Part shown: piece after piece, positions 51,891 to 64,000 of the stretch
Layout: the number at the start of each line of letters is the position of its first letter
Numbering within the stretch: the stretch's first letter is position 1
Source: Callorhinchus milii
Taxonomy: Eukaryota
Assembly (NCBI RefSeq): GCF_018977255.1
Contig: NW_024704742.1
Span: 87,484,001-87,548,000 of the forward strand
DNA: 64,000 bases
Direction of reading: 5' to 3'
Made by a program: the position numbers and the translations under genes
Notes under the pieces: model-generated
Databases searched by the model: none
What the model was told of the DNA's origin: nothing
What the model saw: the letters and a program-made list of their open reading frames with translations, nothing else

Positions 51891-54800
51891 TCCTCCAGAT
51901 CATTGACTTCATTTGCAAGAAATATATTGAGGTGGGAAAAGAGTAAAAATAAAACATATAAAAGGCTACAGGAAAAATTTTAACATTTTTGTGTTGTATT
52001 TTGGTTTGTTGCCCTGGGAAGTGCTTTGAGACGTCCCACACGTGAAAGGCCCGATGTAAATAATAAGGTAAAATTGGTGACGGTATTAATTTTGTTGTTG
52101 AAGTTAATATTATTTGTTAATATTAACAAATATGGGTACAGTGACTTGAGGCGCCCACATACTTGAAATCCACATAGTATTCTTAAAAGTTAAGCTGAAG
52201 GAATCGGTGGTATATTTACTTACAGATTTAACCGCAGCTTTGAACTTTGAATGGTACAACATGGGAGTCTTGTACTCCAAAGTGGTGGCCTTGCTAAAGT
52301 TAGAGACGTTAGGATAATAAAATCATTATTTTTGAAGAATTGCTGTATGTGGGCTGTTCAGCAAATATTATAGAATGTAGACAATTGCAGAATGTGTCAT
52401 TTGAAGGAGCTTTCACTTGAGTCAACCATTTATTGCAATGAGTGTATACCAGATAGAATAGCCAAGAGATATGTTTTCGCTTTATAGCTTACGGCACATT
52501 AATTTAGTTGTCGGGTTTAGCAGTGATGTTAAATTGCCTCTGTCTTAACATGAACATTCAATGCAGAAAGCCAGGCATGTGCGGGCTTCATTCAACAAGT
52601 GAAAAGCATTCACCTTGGGGGGATGGGGGAAGAGACAGGAAACTACAATATTCCTTTATGCCACCCATGAGGAGACTTACAGTTGAAGCTTGTGCAAGTA
52701 AAAGGACTGATATAATCGCTCCCCTTAGGCAGTGAGTGAGTGACTGTAATGCAAGCACCTCAAGTGTAGCATGTTGCTCCAAGCATCTGGAGCCCTGCTA
52801 AAGACTGTCAAGAAACATATTTTGGAAAAAAAAATTTATATTGCAACAGAACAAAGAATTACAAATCCAGTTAAAATATCATTCAGAATTACAGTACTAT
52901 GTTTTGTTGTTACCAGATTAGAATAGTAGCGAGTTGACAAATCCGTTTTTAATGAAATTTACTAAATACATCCAAATATTTATTTGAATGAAGGATAAAA
53001 TTTTCAACCACCCTCACCTACTTCAAAATAACAGTAACTATTATTGAAATCTTTCTTGGATTTCTTCCCATACCACAGGTATGTTAATGCCAACAAGTCC
53101 TTCCAAAGTAGCTTTACCCATCTTTTGAGTTCCTATCACTTAGATTGGTTGCACAGCATATTTCTTCCTTTTCCCCTCCCCATTGTTAACCATTTGTAAA
53201 AGTGCACCTTCCTTGTATCTGAATGCTCTGAACTGCACTGCAATGAGTTTCAGACTATATTTTATTTGCCATTAGCTTAATGTAATCTAATTTGAGCTAT
53301 TTGAGGACAAGATGGAAAGCTCCAATGTTGCATTTGTGGCTTGTCATTTAATGCCATTTAATTGAGGTGTTTGTAAAATGACTGTGATTTACGAATGCCA
53401 CCAGAAGTGTGCAATTGTATAATTTTATATTATAGAAGTAAAACCTAACTTAAAATCCATCTGAAGTATTTAGCTGATTTTGAAGCACTGGAGTTCATTT
53501 AAAATGAAAGATGCCTTGCATTTCATATACTATCATATCACGTCTTCAGGTGTTTAATACACGGTGGAGCAGTCTCCTCTAATCCCATTCTCTGTTCTTT
53601 CCCATAAGATTTAAATATTGATATTATTAATGATGTTGAATTATTTAGAACAGCTAAAGTACACCGGGGACAATCGGTTTCATGTGTCTGGGTTTCAGTA
53701 CTCTGGCATTTTTTAAAAACTTTGTTTACTGCTCACTGGTCATGGAAGGCCCCGAGCTGAAAGTCCACTGTTCTACATCTAGCTTTCTGGATTTGGTCAG
53801 TGAGAGCGAGATTGGGGCTGGTTTGCTTCCAGCTCATTGAATATTATTGAATTTCCAGTGCCTTGGGATGTTCTCCTGACATGAAAGGTGCTATACAAAT
53901 GTAATTTGTTGTCCTGAGCATCACTAACTTCAGCCCTTCACTTGCTCTCCCTGTTCACAATTGTGATCCCCATTTCGTAAGCAATGACCAGTGGAGAACT
54001 GGTGTGATATAATTTCCCTTGGGTTTTTTTGTTATAATCTTTGTGACTGTTAAATTGCATTTTGGTTTAATTACTTTTTAATCTTTTTTGAAATTCATTT
54101 AAGAAAAATAAAAAGTAAAAATGCAAAACTAGTTTAATGCACCACTAGCCTAATTGGCACTTGCGTTGGAACCAGACCTCGTCCATAAAGCAACATAATG
54201 CACCTTTTAAACTCTCTTCATCTCTTTAGCAGGTTAAATAGTGAAGTATGATGGCAAAAGCAGAATATGTGATATTCTGGTACGTGAAAGGCGGTGGAGA
54301 GAGAGAGAATAGATCTAAAAGTATATCCCCGTTTTTGTGAGTAAAGCACTGACTAACGTCAGTGTTTCCTTTTGGGACTATAATTATGTGTTTTTCTCAA
54401 AAGCTATAAATCCAGCTAATGCATCTTAACAATGGAAGTGTTTATGTAAGAAAAAGTGAATGGTCTTGTCAGTATCTTTCTTAACAAAAACATGTATTTA
54501 TTATAGCTCATCAATTCACAGACTGTTTAACTACTCTTAGTTTGAGATCGGAGTGTGCTCTTAATACTGGGCGTCAGGCAAGTAATTAGTATTGGATGGC
54601 AGAGTATTTTTCCACTTTTAAAAAATAAATGTTGGAAACCTGTGGATAGCTCACTGAAACTCGGGTTTGATTGGCAAAACACGTGCTGATGCAGAGAATA
54701 ATGGTGGGATTGAGATCTGTGGTTTGGCAGCCAGTTCAGCATCTACCAGGAAATTCCAAAAGAACAGCCTGAACTGGCCTCAGTAACGCTAGCTACTCGC

Positions 54801-55789
54801 TTGCTGATGTGTCAGGAACAAACAGACCTCACTGAGGAGTGTGCTTCGGGCTTTTAACATCTTGCATTGTGTGGGATAATAGAGATTATCATCATTACTA
54901 TCTGGTAAGTATTGTTGAAATAGATGGAGCTAAATCTAAGATAAGATTCTCAAAGTACAAGTGAAATCTTAACATTTCAAACTTTTTCCATCATTACTTG
55001 GAAGAAAAAAAGTAAAATTTCAACAAGCAAATTGCTTCGGTGGTAGAATAACGCATGCCACTTTGATTTTTACAAAGAAATTCTTTAGTGAGACCAATTT
55101 GGACATTGTACTCTGTTGTTGACTCGAATAGGTTTCAGATTTTATTTTGTTTCTCTTGAACCTTTAGAGAGGTTGTAATTTAAAAACGAAATACATTTTG
55201 GTTTTGTTTTCAAAACTTTGAAAGCATAATGCAATGCAGTGAGTCGTGTTTGCACACGATTCCTGCGCAGTCTTTCATGTTTTGCTAAGGGTTTTTTGTA
55301 AACCAATTTTGGCTGGGCATTGATAGGGGAGGTACCGAGAGGAGTTCAGAGATATGCATGCAGACAAACAAAAATAAATAAATTTACCCTGCCTCCCCTC
55401 ACAGAGCAATGTTGTTGATGCCACTGAACCTAGAGTGGTCAGCTTGTAAAGCAAGCTCATATATGCCATTTGTAAGTGATATTTTATTTCTAAGATTAGA
55501 TTCTCAAAGTAAAAATGAGCTGTCCTGAATCTCACCCTTTTTGTTGTAAACTGTGGCATCTCGCTGTCTAAATTCTATTGCGTGTTTCACATTTCGACTA
55601 AACATGCCACAAAATAAACTCAGTCCAAGTCCAGAATTCCAGTGCACCGCTCATTCCTCTCTCACAGAATTCCTATTCCAAGAATAATACCAAAAAAATA
55701 CAGATTTAATTGCTCAGTGTTCCAGTTACCTATTTTTATAATTATGAGCTTGCTAAATATAGTCCAGTCCACTGCCAGATGGAACATGT

Positions 55790-56400
55790 CACAACAACAA
55801 CTTGCATTTGTATAGCACCCTTCAGGTGGGGTAATGTCTCGGATCGCTTAACAGTGACTGAGTTTAACGGCATGCCAGGGAGGGAGGCAAAGTGACGGTA
55901 GACGTGGTTGGAGAGGAAGGTCTTCGGGTGTGATTTGAAGAGAGGGCAGAGAGAGGCAAAACAGAGGTTTTGAAGCAGGTAGTTTGAGTCTTGGAGTGTC
56001 ACGGCTGAAAGCACGACCAGTAATGGTGGATTCATAGAATGTTACGGCACAGAAGAGGCCATTTGGCCCATCGAGTCTGTGCCGGCTCTTTGACAGAACA
56101 AGTCACTTTCACTAAACCCAATCACCAGCTTTCTCCCCATAACCCTGCAAACCCGTCTTCCCCAGATACCTATCCAATTCTCTCTTAAAAGCTGTTATCG
56201 AATCAGACTTCACTACCCTTTCAGGCAGATCATTCCAGGTGAGTGCAGGGGGCTAGTAGAGTAGGTCGGTGGGGGTAAACGGATCGGAGAGGCAGGGAGG
56301 TGCCGGGGCATGAAGTGATTTGTGCTCGAGTGTGACACTCTTAAATTGATCTGTTCTGTAGTAAGAAGTCTGGTAAGGACTGAGGTAATTAGGGAGTGCG
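55790..56400 (-). mobile_element. L2 3' fragment with nested CR1 tail (56031-56240)
   Basis: L2 tail, then catagaatgttacggcacagaagaggccatttggccc CR1 tail, then L2 resumes. Confidence 0.75.
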
Positions 56401-56419
56401 GGATATTATATAATATATA

Positions 56420-56515
56420 ATATAATAATCCTTGCATTTGATGAAGTGCTTTTTCACGTCTTCTAGACATCTCAAAGCGCTTCACAGAATATATTGTAAA
56501 GTGATTTGACTGTAT
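56420..56515 (-). mobile_element. SINE tail
   Basis: Shared tail. Confidence 0.85.
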
Positions 56516-57189
56516 GTGAATTGGAGAGAAGGCTAATTTTTCTTGTTTTGCTCTCATATATATGCAAGTAAATTGCAGTTCTAAGATTGGCAAGTTGGTT
56601 ATTCTTCATCAGTAGACCAGAACGCCTTAGCAAGCTAATTTTATTGTTCAGTACAACTGTGAATGTAATAAGTGTCTCTGCACAATGTTCTCCTAGAGGT
56701 CAAATAGTTTCTTCAAGTATGCTTTGTAGAAAAGTGATTACTTCAGCACATATTTGGACCTGAAGCAATCCTACTAAAGATAAGAAAATATTTGGGATTT
56801 AGTCGTACGTTCTAAGTCTGCTGAACTGCTCTGGAGGCTTGTTTGTATTAAAGGAGTGAGTCGATCTGTCTCATAGGATTTAGCAGTGCTGCCTGCTGTG
56901 GGTAAAAATTAAAACTCTGGTGGAGGTGCTGACTCCCCTTTCACACCCCTTGCCTGGCGCCATTGTTGTTGACTCTTGGCGAGTTGCTCTTTGTGCAGCT
57001 ACGACTTTAATATTAATAAGTCATTGTGGTTGTTTCTCCACATGTGTGCAGCCAGTGAGATCATCTTGTTACAATGCACGATCCCGTATGTCTGGCATAC
57101 GTGCTAAACCTGTAAAAAAAAACACTTCTCTTGGACAGTCTACCCCTGAACATCAGGTGGCTTTGAACTAGGCCCCTTTTGCTTTTGAT

Positions 57190-57398
57190 TGTGTCAGCCA
57201 CTAAGCCTTGGAGCTTTGGAACTCTTCCCCAATCCCTCTGCCTTGTCCCCCTTCCCCTCTTTTAGATCACGACTGAAGACCTTCCTCTTCGACCGTGCTT
57301 ATGATCACCTGGTCCCTCCCTCTGGCTCGCTGTGCCACTATTTAGTGTTCCGAGACACTACCCTATGTGAAGGGCGCTATATAAATGCAAGTTGTTGT
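57190..57398 (+). mobile_element. L2 3' fragment
   Basis: SFRSRLKTFLFDRAY motif and tail. Confidence 0.8.
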
Positions 57399-58601
57399 GA
57401 TTTTTTCTTGCATCCACTTTGAGAGAAGACTGGTTGGGTAGAAGTTCCTATGACTCGATCGTGCATCAAAAGACCCTATCCCACTGTCCCAACTTTGCAG
57501 CTTTTATCATAAGATTCACAGCTCCCTTGGAATATGCAGAAGATATGGTGGTCCTTCCTGTCGGTGCACAGCATCGTCTGGCTGTCAGGAATATTTACCT
57601 TCCAAGTGGTCTCCTTCATACATTACCCATTCCAATATCTGAGTGCTGACAGCAAGGGCAACAAAAGTAGCAACAACAACGTGATAAGGTGCTATATTCA
57701 AATGCAAGGATTATTATTATCATTATCCTCTCACCCCCATCCCCCTTGCCCTCCACTTCTCTTTACACCAATCCTCCCCACCCCATTCCATAGGAACATG
57801 AAGAGGCATTTCAGCCCATTGAGCTAGTTAGGCCAGTTAATTAAACCAGCTTTTCTCCCTGTTCCTATAGAAGAAAACACTAAATAATGTTTATCTCCTT
57901 CCCCCCCTCCCCACCCCCCAGGAAATCTGGAGCCTGTAGTTCTTAATCTTAAAGGAATGTTGCACCTGATGACCAATGCAAAGTTGGTGGAGAGCAATAA
58001 ACCACTCTGCTCTGTTGTGCTGGCCTTAAATTTAACACTGTAGTGTTATGGCACTGCTTTGATCTGCTCCAGCTGACTGTTCAAACGCTTTACTGTAGGT
58101 TACTGTGACTGTAAAGGCAGCCAAACATATTTAACTCGCTCAGTATGTATGTATGTATGTTGTGTCTGTGCGTGCATGCGTGTGTGTATATAATCGGTCC
58201 TTCTAAACTAACAAACTAACAATTACAATGACCGCAGTTTTAAAACTCAGAGAGGAAGTTTAAAATAAATATTGAATCTATGGTTTTGAAGGACATAAAG
58301 TCCAGGCTGAATCTGTCTGTGCTGCGCTGACAAACAAACCTCAGCATGTTTAGAGGAGGAGGTATTTTTTTTTGGAGGGTGAGGCGGAGTTTGCAGGCAA
58401 TCTGGGTGAAATGACCCGAAGACATTTCCATTGCAAACGCCACCACGATTGAAAATGGGGCACCGTCTTACAGTGAGTCTATTTTTTATCCAGAATTAAT
58501 TAAAACTAACATGCGTATGGGTGTGTGAACGATTGATTGATTTGTGCAATGAGAAAACTAATCTTTTAACCATTAATTCACAGTTACACTCTGCAATTAT
58601 T

Positions 58602-58645
58602 AATTCGTGAAACCCATGAAACCCAGTTCATGGGTTTCACGAATT
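58602..58645. repeat. Perfect inverted repeat, 19-bp arms, 6-nt loop
   Basis: aattcgtgaaacccatgaa-acccag-ttcatgggtttcacgaatt. Confidence 0.97.
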
Positions 58646-59992
58646 GTTATATTTTGGTACGTGGAAAAAAGTAGATGGCCCAACTTTGTCTGGACTGTAA
58701 GACCTTCCCCTGCATTTCCATTGCTTTATTAATTGCATCAACGCAGAGTTTTACTGATTTTTTGCAGGAGGGGAGACACAGAGGGCAATCTGGAGAATCC
58801 TGCAGGTTAGAAGCATGTTTGTATTGAATGGGACAGGGATGGGGGTGGATGAGATTCTGAGGGCTTGTCCAGGCTAAGAACGTGCAAGTTCACGAGTTTA
58901 CTATCAAATCAGTTTTACAATTTCAGCATACCCGAAGCACGTTTCCACTTGTTGCATAGCTCAGATATTTCCCTGGAAAGGTTAAATAGGCCGTGAGGTT
59001 TTTCCAAAAAAATTGTCGTCGCACACTTACATGCATATACGCAAGCGCACACAGCTGCATCTGAAGTTGGTGAGTCATGTTGGTGTACGCTAGATGGTGT
59101 ACGGCTTCACAGCTGCTGTCAGCCCTTCTTATGATGCTGGGCATCAAGTGTCCGTACATGCCGTCTCATCAAATATTAAACACTGGACAGTGGTCGGGAA
59201 TGGGAACACTAGCTGTTTCTCCTGTAATGTTGCCCTCTTCATCACTCCAAGTCCAGAAACGTAATAAATGCAGGAATTTATTCTTCATCCTCTCCGTAAG
59301 TCAATTTTTGATTCTTTTTCACTTCTACAATTCCACATGTTCTCCTGTACCTTGCTCAAATGGCCATTGTTCTGGTATGAACCAAGGCCAGTGAATATTA
59401 GGGGGCATTATAGTTGAGCTCCAAACCTACCCACGCACACAGCAAGGCATCAGCTTGTAAGTACATAATAGTGATCGGTACAGTTATATTATGGAGCCTG
59501 TGCCAGGTTAATGTCAGTGGAATTATCTCTCCTTTCTTAGAGTGTTGCTTTCTACAGTACTTTGCCCACTGGGAAGTACTTTGGTCTATGTAGGTCGGTT
59601 GTAGGGTAAATGTTCCTGCTGATTGTTAGAACTTTATGCCTTGCAGGTACATGTTAAGGGTGATTATTTTTCAGAGAATTCTGGCGTGGCAACAAACTGC
59701 TCACATCTGGCTATGATGCACAATTGGAGCTGTGGCTCACACAGTAGCACTGTCTGGTACAGTGACGTGCATTTATAGCACTAATGTGTGTACAGTACTG
59801 TTAGCATGAAATCACATCAACTTGTAACACCAAATTAGCTTGTTAATATAAACCGCTCATTGTTTTGGTGTTGAAATCCTTGTACAATGAAGAACCCATG
59901 TTTGATTGAGAGGTGAGTGATAGCTTTGTTCAAATCTAGGATCAAATCTAGAGCACAAATTGTGATATTATAGTTCCCAACAACTGTGTACA

Positions 59993-60310
59993 TCAGCCTG
60001 GCTCAGTTGGTTGCACTTTTGCTTCCGATTGTGGGTTCAAGCCTCACATCAGGATCTGGAACCCATATAGTCTGTGCTGTGCTGTTCTTGAAATGATAAG
60101 TTAACTGAGCCCTGTCTGCCTTTTTAGGTGGAGGTTAAAGATTTTAGGTACTATTTGAAAGAGAAGGGAGTGTGTGCAGATGTCCTGGCCAACAATCCCC
60201 CAAATAAAATTGGGCATTCACTTCATGGCTGTTTGTAGGACATTCCTGTTCGCAAATTGGCTGCGGCATTCACTCATCAAATACGGTCACTGCACTTTAC
60301 AGTATATCCT
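59993..60310 (+). mobile_element. Deu-domain SINE
   Basis: Head, Deu core and 3' body. Confidence 0.82.
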
Positions 60311-60778
60311 CAGTTTCAGAAGTGTGTGTCACCTATTTAAATGCATGTATCTTCTTCTGTTCAGTTTATCTAAAAAGGCAACAAATCCTTTGTTAGATCA
60401 CTTATTGAGGTTTTAGTGCATTGGTGAGTATGCAAGCTTTACATAATTGCGTGTAGCAAAAGATCTAAAGCTATCCATAACATTACCTTGTTAATTTTGA
60501 TATAAAAATGTTTTTATATATCGGAAATTAAGTTATCATGCCAACTACAGATGTAAAATTCTTGGTTTCTGATCTCTTAAAACTATAATATCAAGGAAAT
60601 GTACATTTTGAAATATTTCAGCTTCCCCTTTGCCCCCTTCGCAGCACGGTCCTTCAGGACAGTGTCCAGGCAAACGTTGTTGTCCACCACGACCCAAGTT
60701 ACCATAAGAATCAACAATTGGAACTGATGCCACTTCTATTTTCCAATCAAATCCCTCAATGTCTTAGCAATGTCTTAG

Positions 60779-60982
60779 GTTTTAGCTGGTTAGACTGCAG
60801 CATTAACCCAACGCACACTCTGGGGTCCTCAACCGTTGGCTCTTGACAACCTGCACCTAATACTTACTGCAATTGGGTAAACAGGATGCGGCCCTCCAGG
60901 GAGAGTGTCCATTCCATTCCAACAAATATCTCTGGGATTTCCGTGCAGGGATGCCTGGAATTGTCAGTTTGGTTTGGATACT
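60779..60982 (+). mobile_element. Unclassified retroposon family X
   Basis: Homologous to 7519-7712 and 43608-43855. Confidence 0.8.
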
Positions 60983-62703
60983 ATTACTATACCACCTGAA
61001 AAGTATTTCAGTCTTCCCACAGCACAAACTTTTCCTTTTTTAAGAGGTATTTTTGTAATATTTACATATTACATAGTGCCTTTCATATTGTGAAGACCTC
61101 TCAAAACGCTTCACAGGGCATACTGTGAAATGGAGTGACTGTATTTTGCAGTTGAATTTTAACAACTGATGAGATTGCATTTGAACCGTAAACAATTACA
61201 GCTGATTTATGAGCAGTTTCATAGCTGCAGTAATTTGCTCTACCATCGTTTGTGCGTTGAATAAGTTGAGGTCTTGCTTGTTTTACAGTCCGATCTGTGC
61301 AGTAGTACAACAGTGCACGTTATACATCGGCTTCAATGAACAGAAGCTGCACTGTTTTCAATTCAAAAAGACAGTGTTCAGCAGCAGGTGGAAGAGTTCT
61401 GGCGTAGTCTCAAAAAGCTGAAAGATTTCATTGGTGATGGGGCAGTGCTGCGTTGTGCTTCATTTGGCTAAGTTACCCAAAATACTGGAATTTTACCTTA
61501 TAGAGCACGGAAGGAGCTTGAGCAGGCAGGGCTCCAGTTGATAGCTCGTTCAGATTAGTTGAAGCTGATCAGAGCAGCAAAAGCGTCTGAGGAGGCCCTG
61601 CAGAGTATGTTGCAACGGAAGTTTTCCCTCCCTGTCCCTTCCTCCCTCTGGAAGAAAAGGGGTTAAAAAAAGTATTGGCTGTATTATACTGCCAAGACTT
61701 GACCACCGTTTTAGAAGCTGGATCGTTCTCGTTTCCTCCAGTCTCTTGCCTGCAGACGTAAGTACTGAAGCTATGTCTCATTTCTCGTCCAGTAGCACAG
61801 AGCAAAACTAGCGCAGCTGAAGGAAATCTGAGCAACAGCTATTCTATTGTTGCACACATGAGGTTTTGAGATTGCTCAGTTTAATTTAGCCTGATGTTTA
61901 ATATAATGTTTAATTTAGCCTGAAGCTTTGTGCCCTGGTTTTACACAATGTCTGCCCTGATATTTGTATAGACGGTCTCACTTTGAGCTGTGGAATTTCA
62001 GACCATAACTGAAAGGCATATTTTTAGCAAGCCTACTCCAAGAGAGGCGAAATCTGCCGGAGACCAACCGCATGCAGTGTGACAAACAGACTTTAAAAAA
62101 ATCTTTCTGAAACACAAGAGAATAGATTATTTCTCACCCGTCAGTTCAGCAAAGTCTGAACTCTTCTGTGGGTGGGGGGGGAGGGAGCAACGTAAACTGA
62201 AGGTAGCCATGACCTGGCTTTAGTAGAACTCGTTTGTGTATTTACCCTTTCTGTCCCCCTCTATAGTTCACATCAGTACATGTGGCCACCTGATTACTGT
62301 ACAACAGACCACCTCTTTATTTGTAAAGTAACATGCCCCTGAAGTCAAACAGTGAGCGATTTCAGCAGATTTCTGTTCATGGCAGCTTGCTGATACCCTT
62401 AGGACTATCACCATCTTGGATCTTTTATTTTTATCCACTCGATGTTGTACTTCAGCGGAGATTGATAGTTAAAGTCTATTAAGACATGCAACATACCTCT
62501 CTTGTCCCAGACTTCATAAGCTTCAAAGCAAGACTGCATCCTGTTTGTTTTTCGGTTCACAGGGATAACAATTACCACTATGCATTTGTGATCTTTAATG
62601 TGAGATTCTATGCTGCTTTTTTTTTGAACTTTCTAAAATGAAACTGTTTCTTTTGGAAGGAAACTAGCAACTTGAATTTTTTTTTATATTTTCCCTCTTA
62701 CAG

Positions 62704-64000
62704 AAAAAGGAGAGGCTTCCTTAAACGGTGAAGATGAAAAGGATCCGCAGTCTCCGTATTCTGTGGAAACCCCTTATGGCTACCAGATAGACCTTGATTT
62801 TCTCAAGTATGTGGATGATATACAAAGGGGAAACACCATAAAGAAAGTGAACATTCAGAGAAAGCCCAAAGTGCCCAAAACACTGGCGACCACGAGAAAC
62901 GCCGGAGGGCAGGTCAGTGGATGGACCTCGACTGAATCCCTATCCTCCTCCAACAGTGAGGACAACAAATTGTCACCATCTCTGTTTATTGGTGCACGGA
63001 GCCAGCCAGCTCCTCCAATAAGGGGCGGTGGGATTGAAGCTTCTCAGGCGTTTTTAACTGTTCAGGAGAATAAGCTGCTGCCACCGCCCTCACCGAGGCC
63101 ACCGATACACAACTTCCATGTCGAAAAGACGCTGATGGAAACACGCCGGAGGTTGGAACAGGAGCGACTGATCATGCAGTCCACGTCAGGGGACGCCCGG
63201 CGTCCGAGGTTTGCCAGTTTCGGAGGGATGGGCTCCACCAGCTCCTTGTCCTCGTTCACGGGCTCCACCGGCTTGAACCAGGTGTCCCCAAATTCCCAGC
63301 AAGTTCACAACGGCTTCCAGACCAACGGGGATTACAATCCGTACTTCACGTCATCGATGGGCAGCTCCATCCGTCACAGCCCCTTGAGCTCGGGGCTCAC
63401 CACCCCGGTCACCAACGTCACCCCCACGCACCTGCAGCACATCAGGGAGCAAATGGTGGTGGCACTGCGTCGCCTCAAAGAGCTGGAGGAGCAAGTGAAA
63501 GCCATTCCCATTCTGCAGGTGAAAATCTCAGTGTTACAAGAGGAAAAGAGGCAACTGGCATCGCAGCTGAAGAGCCACAAGCTTTCGAGTCAGAACGTGG
63601 CTCCCGGCTTCCGGAAGCGGTCCTACAGCGCGGGCAACGCGGATCAGCTGGAGCCGCTGCGGGGGGAGCTGCACATCGATTCCGAGGACGAAATGGAAAG
63701 CTTGGAGCAGAGTTCGCTGCGGATGGAAGAGTTCAGGCAGCTCACGGCAGAGGTGCAGGCTCTCGAGAGAAAGATACAGGACAATGGCAATGAAAAGCCA
63801 GGCGGGGTTGAGCCCTGCGTAAAACATCTGGCGAAGGCGAGAGAGTTCAGGTCTGTGGCTGTGAGCACAGATGTAAACATGAATGACTTTGTGATTTACC
63901 ACCGGTCTGCGAGATCCTTCAAAGATGTAGCAGTGGGGACGGTGAGTGAGCAGAGAGATGTCAGTGTGGGGGTGACGGAGGCGCTGTTAGGTGTCTCCAC
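62704..64000 (+). CDS. KANK1: KANK1 large exon (KN motif, coiled coil); continues past window end
   Basis: Polypyrimidine tract + cag acceptor, then open frame from 62706 to the end. Contains [31 protein letters not shown] (KN motif, ~62754-62870), [75 protein letters not shown] and GVTEALLGV, all typical of KANK1. Confidence 0.97.

Larger units (their letters stand above)
49196..62703 (+). other. KANK1: KANK1 intron (GT-AG, phase 1, 13.5 kb)
   Basis: GT donor and AG acceptor join into [36 protein letters not shown]. Confidence 0.88.

Noticed and set aside
63062..63902. Minus-strand ORFs in the ORF track
   Set aside because: Antisense shadows of the GC-rich KANK1 exon.

Overview
Eukaryotic genomic DNA, most likely from a cartilaginous fish (inferred from the repeat content: L2, CR1, Deu-domain SINEs, a Penelope-type end, an abundant tRNA-Ala SINE). 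The window holds the 5' part of KANK1 on the + strand: an ATG exon (49082-49195, MAHTVINESVP) spliced in phase 1 to the large KN-motif/coiled-coil exon (62704 to past the window end). The ORF track misses both exons. The rest is intronic or upstream DNA full of decayed retroposons and a few MITEs, and nearly all listed ORFs are repeat-derived or spurious. I found no novel multi-gene system. The best leads are: an unclassified A-tailed retroposon family with 5 copies; a modular SINE lineage sharing a covarying L2 3' stem-loop; a minimal hammerhead ribozyme motif; an exact 28-bp sequence apparently captured from 19 kb away; a KANK1 start exon dense in uORFs and RBFOX motifs; and candidate alternative promoters. 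Repeat boundaries were read by eye (about +/-10-30 nt), and family names come from recall, not database searches.
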